The notes below the pieces were generated by a model that worked only from the letters and a program-made list of their open reading frames with translations, searched no databases and was not told the origin of the DNA. Of a stretch of DNA of 64,000 nt, positions 17,264-26,906 are shown one piece after another; within the stretch, counting starts at the first letter, position 1, and every line of letters begins with the position of its first letter. The DNA is from Flavobacteriaceae bacterium. GTDB taxonomy: Bacteria > Bacteroidota > Bacteroidia > Flavobacteriales > Flavobacteriaceae. Both the position numbers and the translations under genes were made by a program. The stretch lies in the NCBI GenBank assembly GCA_947452415.1, contig CANGCT010000001.1:10599-74598 (forward strand). Direction: 5' to 3'.

Positions 17264-18167
17264 GAAAATAGTTTTTGGTTGCAGTGTTTTATTAGCTATC
17301 TCTTGTGGTACAAGTCATCCTGTGGCTACTTATTCTGGAAGTACTAAAGCACCTGTAAAATCGGTAGCGAAAACAGTAAAAAAACAGATTTCTCTGAGTC
17401 AAGAAAAAACAACTCAAGTTACTAAAAACAACACTACAAATTCAGAAACACCTAACACTAAATCGAATAATTCTACTGAAGTTCTTGCGGCAACCACTAG
17501 AGTGAAAGTAACAACAGCGATGGTTTTGGAATATATTGAAAAATATAAAGAAATTGCCAAACAAGATATGTTGCAATACGGAATTCCAGCAAGTATCACT
17601 TTAGGTCAGGGAATTTTAGAATCAGGAGCAGGAACTGGTCCTTTAAGTATTCAAGCCAATAATCATTTTGGAATTAAATGCCACAAAGAATGGACTGGAC
17701 CGAGTATTAATTATGATGACGATGCTGCCCAAGAATGCTTTAGAAAATACAATGAGCCAAAAGAATCGTATAGAGACCATTCCTTGTTTTTGACTTCTAG
17801 AGATCGTTATGCTGGTTTGTTTCGGTTAGAAAAAGACGATTATAAAGCTTGGGCAAAAGGACTGAAAGATGCTGGTTACGCTACTGATACTGCATATCCT
17901 ATAAAATTAATTGGACTTATAGAGCGTTACCAATTACAAAAATTGGATGCCGAAGTACTTGGAAAAAACTATACGGTACCAACTTTGAATTCTATAGATA
18001 AAACTACAGTTGCCAATATGTCTAGTCCCGATTTGCATGAAGTAATTAAAGGCGATACATTATATTCTATTTCGAAACGATATAATATTTCCATAGAGGA
18101 TTTAAAAAGAAAAAATAATATTTCAGATACTGGAATAGCTATTGGTCAAAATTTAATTGTGAAATAA
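17256..18167 (+). CDS. GH73 glucosaminidase with C-terminal LysM (lipoprotein peptidoglycan hydrolase)
   Basis: Lipobox AISC; [20 protein letters not shown]; Lys[13 protein letters not shown]. Confidence 0.92.
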   Translation: MIKKIVFGCSVLLAISCGTSHPVATYSGSTKAPVKSVAKTVKKQISLSQEKTTQVTKNNTTNSETPNTKSNNSTEVLAATTRVKVTTAMVLEYIEKYKEIAKQDMLQYGIPASITLGQGILESGAGTGPLSIQANNHFGIKCHKEWTGPSINYDDDAAQECFRKYNEPKESYRDHSLFLTSRDRYAGLFRLEKDDYKAWAKGLKDAGYATDTAYPIKLIGLIERYQLQKLDAEVLGKNYTVPTLNSIDKTTVANMSSPDLHEVIKGDTLYSISKRYNISIEDLKRKNNISDTGIAIGQNLIVK

Positions 18168-18192
18168 TATTTCACAGAAAAAAATATTAATA

Positions 18193-19488
18193 ATGCAATA
18201 TCAAAGAAGCAGTCAGTTATTTGCTGATGCAGAAAAAGTAATTCCAGGAGGTGTAAACTCTCCAGTTCGAGCTTTTAAAGGAGTAGGAGGGACGCCAATT
18301 TTTGTAAAAAGTGCTAAAGGTGCCTACCTTTATGATGAAGATGGTAATAAGCTCATCGATTATATAAATTCTTGGGGGCCAATGATTTTAGGGCATGCGC
18401 ACCAACCTGTTATTGATGCTATAACCGAAAGAGCCAAACTAGGCACTTCCTTTGGTATGCCAACAGAATTAGAAACTCAAATTGCACAATTGGCAGTTTC
18501 TATGGTTCCAAATATTGATAAAATACGATTCGTAAATTCGGGCACAGAGGCTTGTATGAGTGCCATTCGTTTGGCTCGCGGATTTACCAAAAGAGATAAA
18601 ATAATAAAATTTGCAGGTTGTTACCACGGTCATTCGGATTCTTTTTTAATTCAGGCAGGCAGTGGTGCTAGTACTTTTGGAACTCCAAATAGTCCTGGAG
18701 TTACACAAGGAACTGCCAAAGATACTTTACTTGCAAATTATAATGATTTAGAAAGTGTAAGAGTACTATTTGAAGCAAATAAAAATGAAATTGCTGCTTT
18801 AATTGTAGAACCTGTTGCTGGAAATATGGGATGTATACCGCCACTTCCTGGGTTTTTAGATGGGTTACGACAAATGTGCACCGACAATCATGCGTTATTA
18901 ATCTTTGATGAAGTAATGACTGGATTTCGTTTGGCCAAAGGAGGCGTTCAAGAATTGTACAACATTAAGGCCGATATTGTTTGCTTCGGAAAAGTTATAG
19001 GCGGTGGATTGCCAGTTGGGGCATTCGCTGCAAGAGAAGAAATAATGAATCACTTAGCGCCATTAGGTCCAGTATATCAAGCAGGAACGCTTTCTGGTAA
19101 TCCTTTAGCTATGGCTGCTGGTTTATCGATGTTGCAATCTATAAACAATGATTCAGATCTTTTTCAAAGGCTAGCCGATAAAACGGCTTATTTAGAAATA
19201 GGAATTGCTAAAGTACTTAGGCAAAATGGAATAGAATTTACTATTAATCGAATAGGATCTATGATTTCTGTTCATTTTGATAAAAATCCAGTAACCGATT
19301 TTCAAACTGCCAAGAATGGCGATAATGAAACTTTCAAAAAGTTCTTTCACGGATTATTAAACGAAGGGGTTTATATAGCACCTTCTGCCTACGAGACTTG
19401 GTTTATAACTGATGCTTTAACCTATGAAGATTTAGATTTTACAATTAATGCGATAGATAAAGTGTCTAAACTTTTGGGTGCAGTCTAG
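18193..19488 (+). CDS. hemL: Glutamate-1-semialdehyde 2,1-aminomutase
   Basis: [35 protein letters not shown]. Confidence 0.98.
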   Translation: MQYQRSSQLFADAEKVIPGGVNSPVRAFKGVGGTPIFVKSAKGAYLYDEDGNKLIDYINSWGPMILGHAHQPVIDAITERAKLGTSFGMPTELETQIAQLAVSMVPNIDKIRFVNSGTEACMSAIRLARGFTKRDKIIKFAGCYHGHSDSFLIQAGSGASTFGTPNSPGVTQGTAKDTLLANYNDLESVRVLFEANKNEIAALIVEPVAGNMGCIPPLPGFLDGLRQMCTDNHALLIFDEVMTGFRLAKGGVQELYNIKADIVCFGKVIGGGLPVGAFAAREEIMNHLAPLGPVYQAGTLSGNPLAMAAGLSMLQSINNDSDLFQRLADKTAYLEIGIAKVLRQNGIEFTINRIGSMISVHFDKNPVTDFQTAKNGDNETFKKFFHGLLNEGVYIAPSAYETWFITDALTYEDLDFTINAIDKVSKLLGAV

Positions 19489-19546
19489 AATTTGGAGCAT
19501 TTTTTCATACTAATTTTAAATTAAACAGTTCCTTATTAGATAGTAA

Positions 19547-20128
19547 TTACCCATGCACTGTTTCCGATTTTCCATAATTGGTAATTAGTTCTCCTTCAAA
19601 ATCTAACCACTCTTTCCAACGTTTGTCGACATTTACTTTTTCGGTATATTTTCTAGCAAACTTCAAGAAGGTCGTATAATGACCAGCTTCACTAATCATC
19701 AATACTCTATAGAATTCAGCCAATTCTTTATCTTCTATATTTTGAGATAGCACTTTAAAACGCTCACAACTTCTTGCTTCAATCATGGCGGAAAACAACA
19801 ATCGATCAACAAAGGCATCGTTGCGACTTCCATCTTTTTTCATAAATTTGAAAAGTTCATTTACATAATGGTCTTTACGTTCTCTTCCCAATTTTAATCC
19901 ACGTTCTTTAATGATGTTGTGCACCATTTGAAAATGCTCAATTTCTTCTTTGGCAATTTCCAATAAATCGGTAACTAAATCTTCGTGCTCCGAGTTATAA
20001 GTGATTATGGTAATTATATTGGTTGCTGCTTTTTGTTCGCACCAAGCATGATCGGTAAGTATTTCTTCTATATTCGATTCGACAATGGTTACCCATCTTG
20101 GGTCGGTTACTAATTTTAGACCTAACAT
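19547..20128 (-). CDS. miaE: tRNA-(ms2io6A) hydroxylase
   Basis: DHAWCEQKAA, EEIEH, IEARSCERF, SEAGH di-iron ligands. Confidence 0.95.
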   Translation of the reverse strand: MLGLKLVTDPRWVTIVESNIEEILTDHAWCEQKAATNIITIITYNSEHEDLVTDLLEIAKEEIEHFQMVHNIIKERGLKLGRERKDHYVNELFKFMKKDGSRNDAFVDRLLFSAMIEARSCERFKVLSQNIEDKELAEFYRVLMISEAGHYTTFLKFARKYTEKVNVDKRWKEWLDFEGELITNYGKSETVHG

Positions 20129-20189
20129 TTGTAAAGTATTTTAGATAAATGCAAAATTATGTCTTTTCTTTGTAATTGAATTGGTTATT

Positions 20190-21416
20190 ATGCTAAAATC
20201 TAAAAGTTTATTAGTACTTGGTTTTGTTTGGCCCGAACCTAAATCTTCGGCAGCTGGAAATCGAATGATGCAATTAATTGAATTGTTTCAGAGACAAAAC
20301 TATGCTATAACTTTTGCAAGTACAGCTCAAAATTTGGAATTCTCGGAAGATGTTTCAAGCATTGGAGTTACACCAAAAACTATCAAATTAAATTCGGCTA
20401 CTTTTGATGTATTTGTAAAGGAATTAAACCCAGAAATTGTCTTGTTTGATCGATTTATGGTGGAAGAACAATTTGGGTGGCGCGTTTCAGAAAATTGCCC
20501 AAATGCTTTAAAAATACTAGATACTGAAGATTTACATTGTTTACGTCAAGCGAGACAATTGGCCGTGAAAGAAAAACGAGAATTTACTTTAGACGATTTA
20601 TTTTCGGATGTTGCCAAAAGAGAAATTGCTAGCATACTTCGATGTGATATTTCGCTGATAGTTTCGGAATTTGAAATGGAATTATTGCAAAAGCAATTTA
20701 GGGTTTCAAAAGATATACTTTACTATTTACCAATTTTTGCAAAAAAGCTAGAAATCCTTCCAACTTTTCAAGAACGAAAAGACTTTGTTTTTATTGGAAA
20801 TTTTCTGCACGAACCCAATTGGGATTGCGTGAAATATCTTTCGGAAGTTATTTGGCCTTTAATAAATTCGAAATTACCAGAAGCCAAACTATTGGTTTAT
20901 GGTGCTTATCCTTCACAGAAAGTTTTAGAATTACACAAGCCTAAACAGAATTTTCACATAATGGGAAGGGCTGAAAATGCTTTGGATGTTGTAAAAAAAG
21001 CTAAGGTAGTTTTAGCTCCAATTCGATTCGGTGCAGGAATTAAAGGCAAACTAATTGAAGCAATGCAATGTGGTACACCAAGCATAACTTCTTCTATTGG
21101 TGCCGAAGCCATAGCTGGAAATTTAGATTGGAATGGTTTTGTAAAAGATACTCCGAATGATTTTGTGGAGGCAGCAATTCTGTTGTATCAAGATGAAAAT
21201 CTTTGGAAACAAAGTCAGGAAAATGGTTTTAAAATTCTGAAAGAAAGGTACAATAAAGCACTTTTTGAAAAAGATTTTAATCTTGAAATAAATTCTCTTT
21301 TAAAAAATTTAAAGAACCTCCGAAACAGCAATTTTATTGGATCAATATTGCAGCATCATTTAGTCTCTAGCACCAAATACATGAGCAAATGGATTGAGGA
21401 GAAGAATAAAAAATAA
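20190..21416 (+). CDS. GT-B (GT4-like) glycosyltransferase
   Basis: WPEPKSSAAG, GNFLHEPN, APIRFGAGIKGKLIEAM. Confidence 0.88.
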   Translation: MLKSKSLLVLGFVWPEPKSSAAGNRMMQLIELFQRQNYAITFASTAQNLEFSEDVSSIGVTPKTIKLNSATFDVFVKELNPEIVLFDRFMVEEQFGWRVSENCPNALKILDTEDLHCLRQARQLAVKEKREFTLDDLFSDVAKREIASILRCDISLIVSEFEMELLQKQFRVSKDILYYLPIFAKKLEILPTFQERKDFVFIGNFLHEPNWDCVKYLSEVIWPLINSKLPEAKLLVYGAYPSQKVLELHKPKQNFHIMGRAENALDVVKKAKVVLAPIRFGAGIKGKLIEAMQCGTPSITSSIGAEAIAGNLDWNGFVKDTPNDFVEAAILLYQDENLWKQSQENGFKILKERYNKALFEKDFNLEINSLLKNLKNLRNSNFIGSILQHHLVSSTKYMSKWIEEKNKK

Positions 21417-21420
21417 AGCG

Positions 21421-22008
21421 TTACGCTTTATAAAAAACATCGTCAACAGCTACTTTCAACTCTGGAAAAAGAATACTTTCAATAATCTGCCCTTCTACAA
21501 ATGGTTTTAATCCAATATATTGACCGTCTTTAAGGCAATAAACTAATACTACTTTTTCTCGGGGTTCTACAATCCAATATTCTTTTACTTCGGCTTCTTG
21601 GTATAAATTAAATTTGGTATGTAAATCGTGATTGCTATTATTGGGAGATAAAATTTCTACAATTAAATCGGGTGCACCATTACAACCTTGCTCGTCTAAT
21701 AGTGTTTCGTCACAAATAACACATAAGTCGGGCTGCACAATTGTGCTGTCTTTTTTGGCTGATTTTATTGGCAAACGAACATCAAAGGGCGCAACATATA
21801 CACTGCAAGAATTTCTTTTGAAGGTTTCAAAAAATGCACCTGTAATATTATAGGAAATTTTTTGGTGAGAAGAATTTGGAGCAGGACTCATTTTTCTAAT
21901 AAACCCTTTAATCAACTCTACTCTTTCGGAAAATTGCCATAGCAAATAATCTGAATAGGTGTAGGATTTGTTTAAATCTAAATCGATAAAGTTTTTTACA
22001 ATTGCCAT
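21421..22008 (-). CDS. Uma2/DUF820 PD-(D/E)XK endonuclease-fold protein
   Basis: MSPAPNSSHQ, VQPDLCV, PDLIVEILSP, EYWIV; -7 element TATCTTTG at 22025-22032. Confidence 0.92.
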   Translation of the reverse strand: MAIVKNFIDLDLNKSYTYSDYLLWQFSERVELIKGFIRKMSPAPNSSHQKISYNITGAFFETFKRNSCSVYVAPFDVRLPIKSAKKDSTIVQPDLCVICDETLLDEQGCNGAPDLIVEILSPNNSNHDLHTKFNLYQEAEVKEYWIVEPREKVVLVYCLKDGQYIGLKPFVEGQIIESILFPELKVAVDDVFYKA

Positions 22009-22100
22009 ATTGATTTGTTTTACACAAAGATATAAAAAATTTAATTGCAAGTTTAATGGTGAATTAAGAATTGATTTATCTAATCAATACATAAATAGTT

Positions 22101-22217
22101 TAGCCCTGATGCTGGAATTGTATGAGCTCTTGCTGTTTTTTTTCTTTAAAAAAAACAGCAAAGCGAGTTCCTGCAGCAGGAATTGCCATTATCGAAAATT
22201 CCCGAACCATTCGCTCC
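22101..22217 (+). repeat. Palindromic repeat, Flavo-1-like family
   Basis: TAGCCCTGAT...ttgctgtttttttt/aaaaaaaacagcaa...GCAGGAATT...AAAATTCCCGAACCATTCGC. Confidence 0.7.
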
Positions 22218-22221
22218 AAAT

Positions 22222-22250
22222 AAAAAATCCCGCACATTGCTGAGCGGGAT
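22222..22250 (-). terminator. Intrinsic terminator of pdhC
   Basis: aaaaaatcccgc...gcgggat. Confidence 0.75.
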
Positions 22251-22272
22251 AGGTATTTATTTTGCTTTAGGA

Positions 22273-23889
22273 TTAAGCTAGCATAGTTACTGGGTTTTCA
22301 ATAAACAATTTTAAAGTTTGTAAAAATTGTGCTCCAGTTGCTCCATCGATAGTTCGGTGGTCGCAAGCTAAGGATAACATCATGGTGTTTCCAACTACAA
22401 TTTGACTGTTTTTAACAACTGGTTTTTCAACGATTGCTCCTACGGAAAGGATGGCTGAATTGGGTTGGTTGATGATCGAATTAAATTCGACAATTCCGAA
22501 CATTCCTAGATTGGAAACAGTAAAAGTACTTCCTTCCATTTCGGTTGGCAGTAATTTTTTAGTTTTTGCTCTTCCTGCTAAATCTCTAACTCCTGCGCCA
22601 ATTTGAGATAAACTCATGGCATCGGTAAAACGTAAAACTGGAACTACTAATCCATCTTCAACAGCTACTGCAACTCCAATGTTCACGTGGTGGTTGATGG
22701 TAATTGCCTCTTCTTTCCACTGTGAATTGATTTTTGGATGTTTCTTCAATGCCATTGCACAGGCTTTGATTACCATATCATTGAACGAAACTTTAGTTTC
22801 TGGCACTGCGTTAATAATAGTTCTTGCTTTCATTGCGTCGTCCATGCTAACCTCAATGGTAAGGTTGTAGTGTGGGGCTGTGAATAAAGATTCTGCCAAA
22901 CGTTTTGCAATAATTTTTCGCATTTGCGAATTTTTAATTTCTTCGGTAACTACTTCACCGGCTGGAACGAATGGTTTTGCTGCTGCAGTAGTTGCTGGTT
23001 GCGGAGTTGTTTGAGATGCTGCAACTGGAGCCGAAGCTGTAAAGTTTTCTACATCACTTTTTGTAATTCTTCCGTTTTCACCAGAACCTTGCACTTGAGA
23101 AAGGTTAATGCCTTTGTCTTTTGCTATTTGTTTTGCTAATGGAGAAGCGAATATTCGATCATTGGAAATTGGAAGTTGGACGTTAGAATTTGTCGCTGCT
23201 GGGGCTGCTGCTTGTTCTATACTTTTAGCAACTGGTGCTACTTCACCTTTTCCATAATTTTCTGCAACTCCTGTAATGTCTGTTCCAGCAGGCCCGATGA
23301 TGGCTAATACGCTATCTACTGGTGCCGATTCTCCTTCGTTAATTCCGATGAACAATAAAGTTCCTGAATTGAAAGATTCAAATTCCATGGTTGCTTTATC
23401 CGTTTCAATTTCAGCAAGAATATCGCCTTCTTTTACTTCATCTCCAACTTTTTTCAACCAAGTAGCAACCGTTCCAGTAGTCATAGTGTCACTTAAACGT
23501 GGCATCGTGATTACTTTTACGCCAAGCCCCCCAACCCCCGAAGGGGAAGTTGTTGGGACGGATTTTGATTCTTCACTTATTGGAGTTTCTGCCACTTTGC
23601 TAGCTCCCCCTTCGGGGGTTGGGGGGCTTATTAATGCTGAAATATCTTCTCCTTCTTTTCCGATAATTGCTAAAAGGGAATCTACTGGAGCAGATTCACC
23701 TTCTGGAATTCCGATGTATAATAAAACACCTGAATTGAAAGATTCAAATTCCATAGTAGCTTTATCAGTTTCGATTTCGGCTAAGATGTCTCCTTCTTTT
23801 ATGGTATCGCCAACTTTTTTAAGCCAAGTTGCAACAGTTCCTTCGGTCATTGTGTCGCTCAAACGAGGCATGTTTATTACTGTAGCCAT
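22273..23889 (-). CDS. pdhC: Pyruvate dehydrogenase E2 with two lipoyl domains
   Basis: Two copies of EIETDKATME; ASPLAK E3-binding domain; DHRTIDG; follows pdhA. Confidence 0.95.
   Translation of the reverse strand: MATVINMPRLSDTMTEGTVATWLKKVGDTIKEGDILAEIETDKATMEFESFNSGVLLYIGIPEGESAPVDSLLAIIGKEGEDISALISPPTPEGGASKVAETPISEESKSVPTTSPSGVGGLGVKVITMPRLSDTMTTGTVATWLKKVGDEVKEGDILAEIETDKATMEFESFNSGTLLFIGINEGESAPVDSVLAIIGPAGTDITGVAENYGKGEVAPVAKSIEQAAAPAATNSNVQLPISNDRIFASPLAKQIAKDKGINLSQVQGSGENGRITKSDVENFTASAPVAASQTTPQPATTAAAKPFVPAGEVVTEEIKNSQMRKIIAKRLAESLFTAPHYNLTIEVSMDDAMKARTIINAVPETKVSFNDMVIKACAMALKKHPKINSQWKEEAITINHHVNIGVAVAVEDGLVVPVLRFTDAMSLSQIGAGVRDLAGRAKTKKLLPTEMEGSTFTVSNLGMFGIVEFNSIINQPNSAILSVGAIVEKPVVKNSQIVVGNTMMLSLACDHRTIDGATGAQFLQTLKLFIENPVTMLA
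23524..23629. repeat. Inverted pair of REP-like palindromes inside the pdhC linker
   Basis: aagccccccaacccccgaaggggaag ... ctcccccttcgggggttggggggctt. Confidence 0.9.
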
Positions 23890-23891
23890 AA

Positions 23892-24890
23892 TTATAATCT
23901 ATGAGAAATGAAAGGATAATTTTCTTGATCGTATACCACATCATACAATTGTTGTACTTCTGGAAACGGAGATTCTTCAGCAAATTTTTCGCATTCGTCA
24001 ACCAAATCTTTTACTCTTTGATCAATCGCTTCTATTTCTGCTTCTGTTGCGTAATTATTTTCTTTAATTACATCCAAAACTTGTGTAATTGGATCTATTT
24101 TTCGATATTCTTCTACTTCGTCTTTAGTTCTATAAAGTTGTGCATCCGACATAGAGTGACCTCTATAACGGTAGGTTTTCATTTCTAAAAATGTAGGTCC
24201 GTCACCACGACGTGCTCTATCAATTGCTTCAGTCATTGCTTCTGCAACTTTCACGGGATTCATTCCATCAACTGGTCCGCAAGGCATTTCATATCCTAAA
24301 CCAAGTTTCCAAACATCGGTATGATTTGCGGTTCTTTCTACCGAAGTTCCCATGGCATATCCATTGTTTTCACAAATAAATACTACGGGAAGTTTCCATA
24401 ACATTGCCATATTGAACGCTTCGTGAAGTGATCCTTGACGTGCAGCACCATCCCCAAAATAGGTTAATGTTACGCCACCAGTTTCAAAATATTTATCGGC
24501 GAATGCCATACCTGCTCCCACCGGAATTTGAGCACCCACGATTCCGTGACCACCAAAAAATCCTTTTTCTTTAGAGAAAATGTGCATTGATCCACCCATT
24601 CCTTTAGAAGTTCCAGTTACTTTTCCGTAAAGTTCTGCCATAACTCGTTTTGGGTCGACACCCATCCCGATTGGTTGCACGTGATTACGGTAAGCAGTAA
24701 TCATTTTATCTTTAGACAAATCCATTGCGTGAAGCGCACCGGCTAGTACCGCTTCTTGACCATTGTATAAATGTAAAAATCCTCTGACTTTTTGTTGGAT
24801 GTAAACTGCAGCTAATTTGTCTTCAAATTTTCTCCAGAACTGCATATCTTCATACCAGTTTAAGTATACTTCTTTAGTAATCTCTTTCAT
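23892..24890 (-). CDS. pdhA: Pyruvate dehydrogenase E1 alpha
   Basis: RGFLHLYNGQEA, GGSMH, GDGAARQG...ENN, RYRGHSMSD; -7 element TACTTTTG at 24973-24980. Confidence 0.97.
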   Translation of the reverse strand: MKEITKEVYLNWYEDMQFWRKFEDKLAAVYIQQKVRGFLHLYNGQEAVLAGALHAMDLSKDKMITAYRNHVQPIGMGVDPKRVMAELYGKVTGTSKGMGGSMHIFSKEKGFFGGHGIVGAQIPVGAGMAFADKYFETGGVTLTYFGDGAARQGSLHEAFNMAMLWKLPVVFICENNGYAMGTSVERTANHTDVWKLGLGYEMPCGPVDGMNPVKVAEAMTEAIDRARRGDGPTFLEMKTYRYRGHSMSDAQLYRTKDEVEEYRKIDPITQVLDVIKENNYATEAEIEAIDQRVKDLVDECEKFAEESPFPEVQQLYDVVYDQENYPFISHRL

Positions 24891-25072
24891 TGTGGGCAAA
24901 TTACGTATGTTATTTTATAATATTAGAGCAAATAAAAAGCAAATTTATACTATTTTACAAATTTGCGAATTGCAAAAGTAAGATATTGAAAGTAGATGTA
25001 AAAATTAATACCTATGAAATTGTTATTTTTTAATAACTGTTTGACCAAAAATATTAACTACATCGATATAGC

Positions 25073-25555
25073 TTACAAGGATGTTTTATTAAAAGACAAA
25101 GGCAATAAATTACTGATTGAATTTGACTTGAATACTTCACCCGATTCACCCATAAAATATATTTCAATTGGAGTAACTTGCTTGAATTCGTATTCGGATA
25201 TAGATTGGCGACAGGCACCACAAGGTGGAATTGGAGACAAAGTAGGGTTGGAATCAGATGCGGCTGTAATTGCAATGGTTAACATCTTTGCATCTGGATA
25301 AATTGCACCTGCTTGATAAATAGCAACGCGTTCAGCACAAAGCCCAGAAGGATACGCTGCATTTTCTTGATTGGAACCTAAAACAATTTTACCATTATCT
25401 AATAAAATAGCAGCACCTACTTTGAAATGAGAATAAGGAGCATAGGCTTTTCTTCTTATTTCAATTGCTTGTTGCATCAAGGTCTGAATTTCTTCTGACA
25501 AATCAGAAATGCTGTTAAACACTTCAAAGGTTGTGGTAATATGAATTTCTTTCAT
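25073..25555 (-). CDS. cdd: Cytidine deaminase
   Basis: AYAPYSHFKVGA, NQENAAY, CAER, PCGACRQ. Confidence 0.95.
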   Translation of the reverse strand: MKEIHITTTFEVFNSISDLSEEIQTLMQQAIEIRRKAYAPYSHFKVGAAILLDNGKIVLGSNQENAAYPSGLCAERVAIYQAGAIYPDAKMLTIAITAASDSNPTLSPIPPCGACRQSISEYEFKQVTPIEIYFMGESGEVFKSNSISNLLPLSFNKTSL

Positions 25556-25568
25556 TGGTTTATTGCGG

Positions 25569-25604
25569 AAAAAAAATCCAAATTTCAAGAATGAAATTTG
25601 GATT
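25569..25604 (-). terminator. Terminator-like hairpin between porV and cdd
   Basis: aaaaaaaatccaaatttca...tgaaatttggatt. Confidence 0.6.
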
Positions 25605-25624
25605 GTTATTAATTTTTAATTTTT

Positions 25625-26869
25625 TTATAAATCATCGTATTTATCACCAAAATTAAAGGTTAGTGAAAAACGAAGGGTATTTTCTAAAGGACTTTTTATT
25701 TTGGAAGCATTGAACAAATAAGAAACATCTACTTTTACTACATTGTATTTAAATCCTGCACCCAAGGAGAAAAATTTTCTTGCCCCTTTCATCGGGCTTT
25801 CATGAAAATACCCTAAACGCATGGCGAAAGAATCTTGATACGAATATTCTGCTCCTGCTGAGTAGGTAAATTCTTTTAATTCTTCGGACATTCCGCCTGG
25901 AGCATCACCAAAAGATTTAAACATACCGGAAACCCAGTTTATTTTTTTGTAATCAATTAAAGATTGATTATAATCATTTATATTAACTACTCCGTCTCCA
26001 TTTACATCTTTTCCATTGTAACCCAATCCGTCAAATGAAACTTGAGGTGTTGGCACCAATAATTTGGCAAACTCCACATTTAAAGCGACTTTATTATATT
26101 CGTCTAAAATAAAATCAAAACCACCTCCTATACGCATATTAGCAGGTAAGTAGTTGGAAGTAATTTCGTTTTTAGTTGCATCATAACTTATTTTTGGACC
26201 CATATTTTGAAAGTTAAATCCAAAACGATATCTTCCGTTAAAATCATTAAAGGCAACTTCTTCTGATTGAAAAAAACCAGCTACATCTACTGCAAATGAT
26301 TTTCCAGCAACTGCATCGGTATTAATATCGGCAATTTTTAAATTGGATCTAATATATCTTCCGCCAACTGCCATACTGAAATGGTCACTCAATTTCAAGG
26401 AATAGGAACCGTCTAAAGCTAATTCGTTTGGCTTTACAACATTCGCAGGGTCATCAAAATTTTGTCTTAATTCTATTTCACCCAAACTAAAATAACGCAA
26501 ACTAGTTGCAAACGCACTTCTTTCAGAAAGTCGGTTGTAGTAATTTACTTGACCTAAAGAAATATCATTTACTAATTGGGTTAAGTAGGGAGTATAACTG
26601 ATAGAAAATCCTTGTTTATCTATAGCAAAAGCATATTTTGCAGGATTCCATTGTTGGGAATAGGCATCGGCCGAAGTAGCAACCCCTTGGTCTCCCATAC
26701 CTGCAGCCCTTGCATCGGCAGCTACTAACAAGAAAGGAACTCCAGTAGTGATAACTCTTTCTTGCGCAGAAACAAATTGATTAGTAAGGGTTACTAACGC
26801 TAAAAATAGCAAGGTTTTACTACTGAAAATTAGCTTATTTATTTTAAATTGTAGAAGTTTCGATTTCAT
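25625..26869 (-). CDS. porV: T9SS outer-membrane shuttle PorV
   Basis: ITTGVPFLLVAADARAAGMGD, WNPAKYAF, LENTLRFSLTF; downstream of porU; TATATTTG at 26891-26898 supports the 26869 start. Confidence 0.95.
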   Translation of the reverse strand: MKSKLLQFKINKLIFSSKTLLFLALVTLTNQFVSAQERVITTGVPFLLVAADARAAGMGDQGVATSADAYSQQWNPAKYAFAIDKQGFSISYTPYLTQLVNDISLGQVNYYNRLSERSAFATSLRYFSLGEIELRQNFDDPANVVKPNELALDGSYSLKLSDHFSMAVGGRYIRSNLKIADINTDAVAGKSFAVDVAGFFQSEEVAFNDFNGRYRFGFNFQNMGPKISYDATKNEITSNYLPANMRIGGGFDFILDEYNKVALNVEFAKLLVPTPQVSFDGLGYNGKDVNGDGVVNINDYNQSLIDYKKINWVSGMFKSFGDAPGGMSEELKEFTYSAGAEYSYQDSFAMRLGYFHESPMKGARKFFSLGAGFKYNVVKVDVSYLFNASKIKSPLENTLRFSLTFNFGDKYDDL

Positions 26870-26906
26870 TTTTATTGTATTATTATTTAACAAATATAAC
26901 ATTTTC

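Noticed and set aside
21968-22243. 91-aa plus-strand ORF
   Set aside because: Overlaps the Uma2 start and reads through a palindromic repeat and terminator; no protein-like features.
23276-23911. 211-aa plus-strand ORF with an internal duplication
   Set aside because: Antisense shadow of the two pdhC lipoyl domains.
22273-24890. Missing pdhB and E3 next to pdhA-pdhC
   Set aside because: These subunits are commonly unlinked in Bacteroidota; not evidence of loss.
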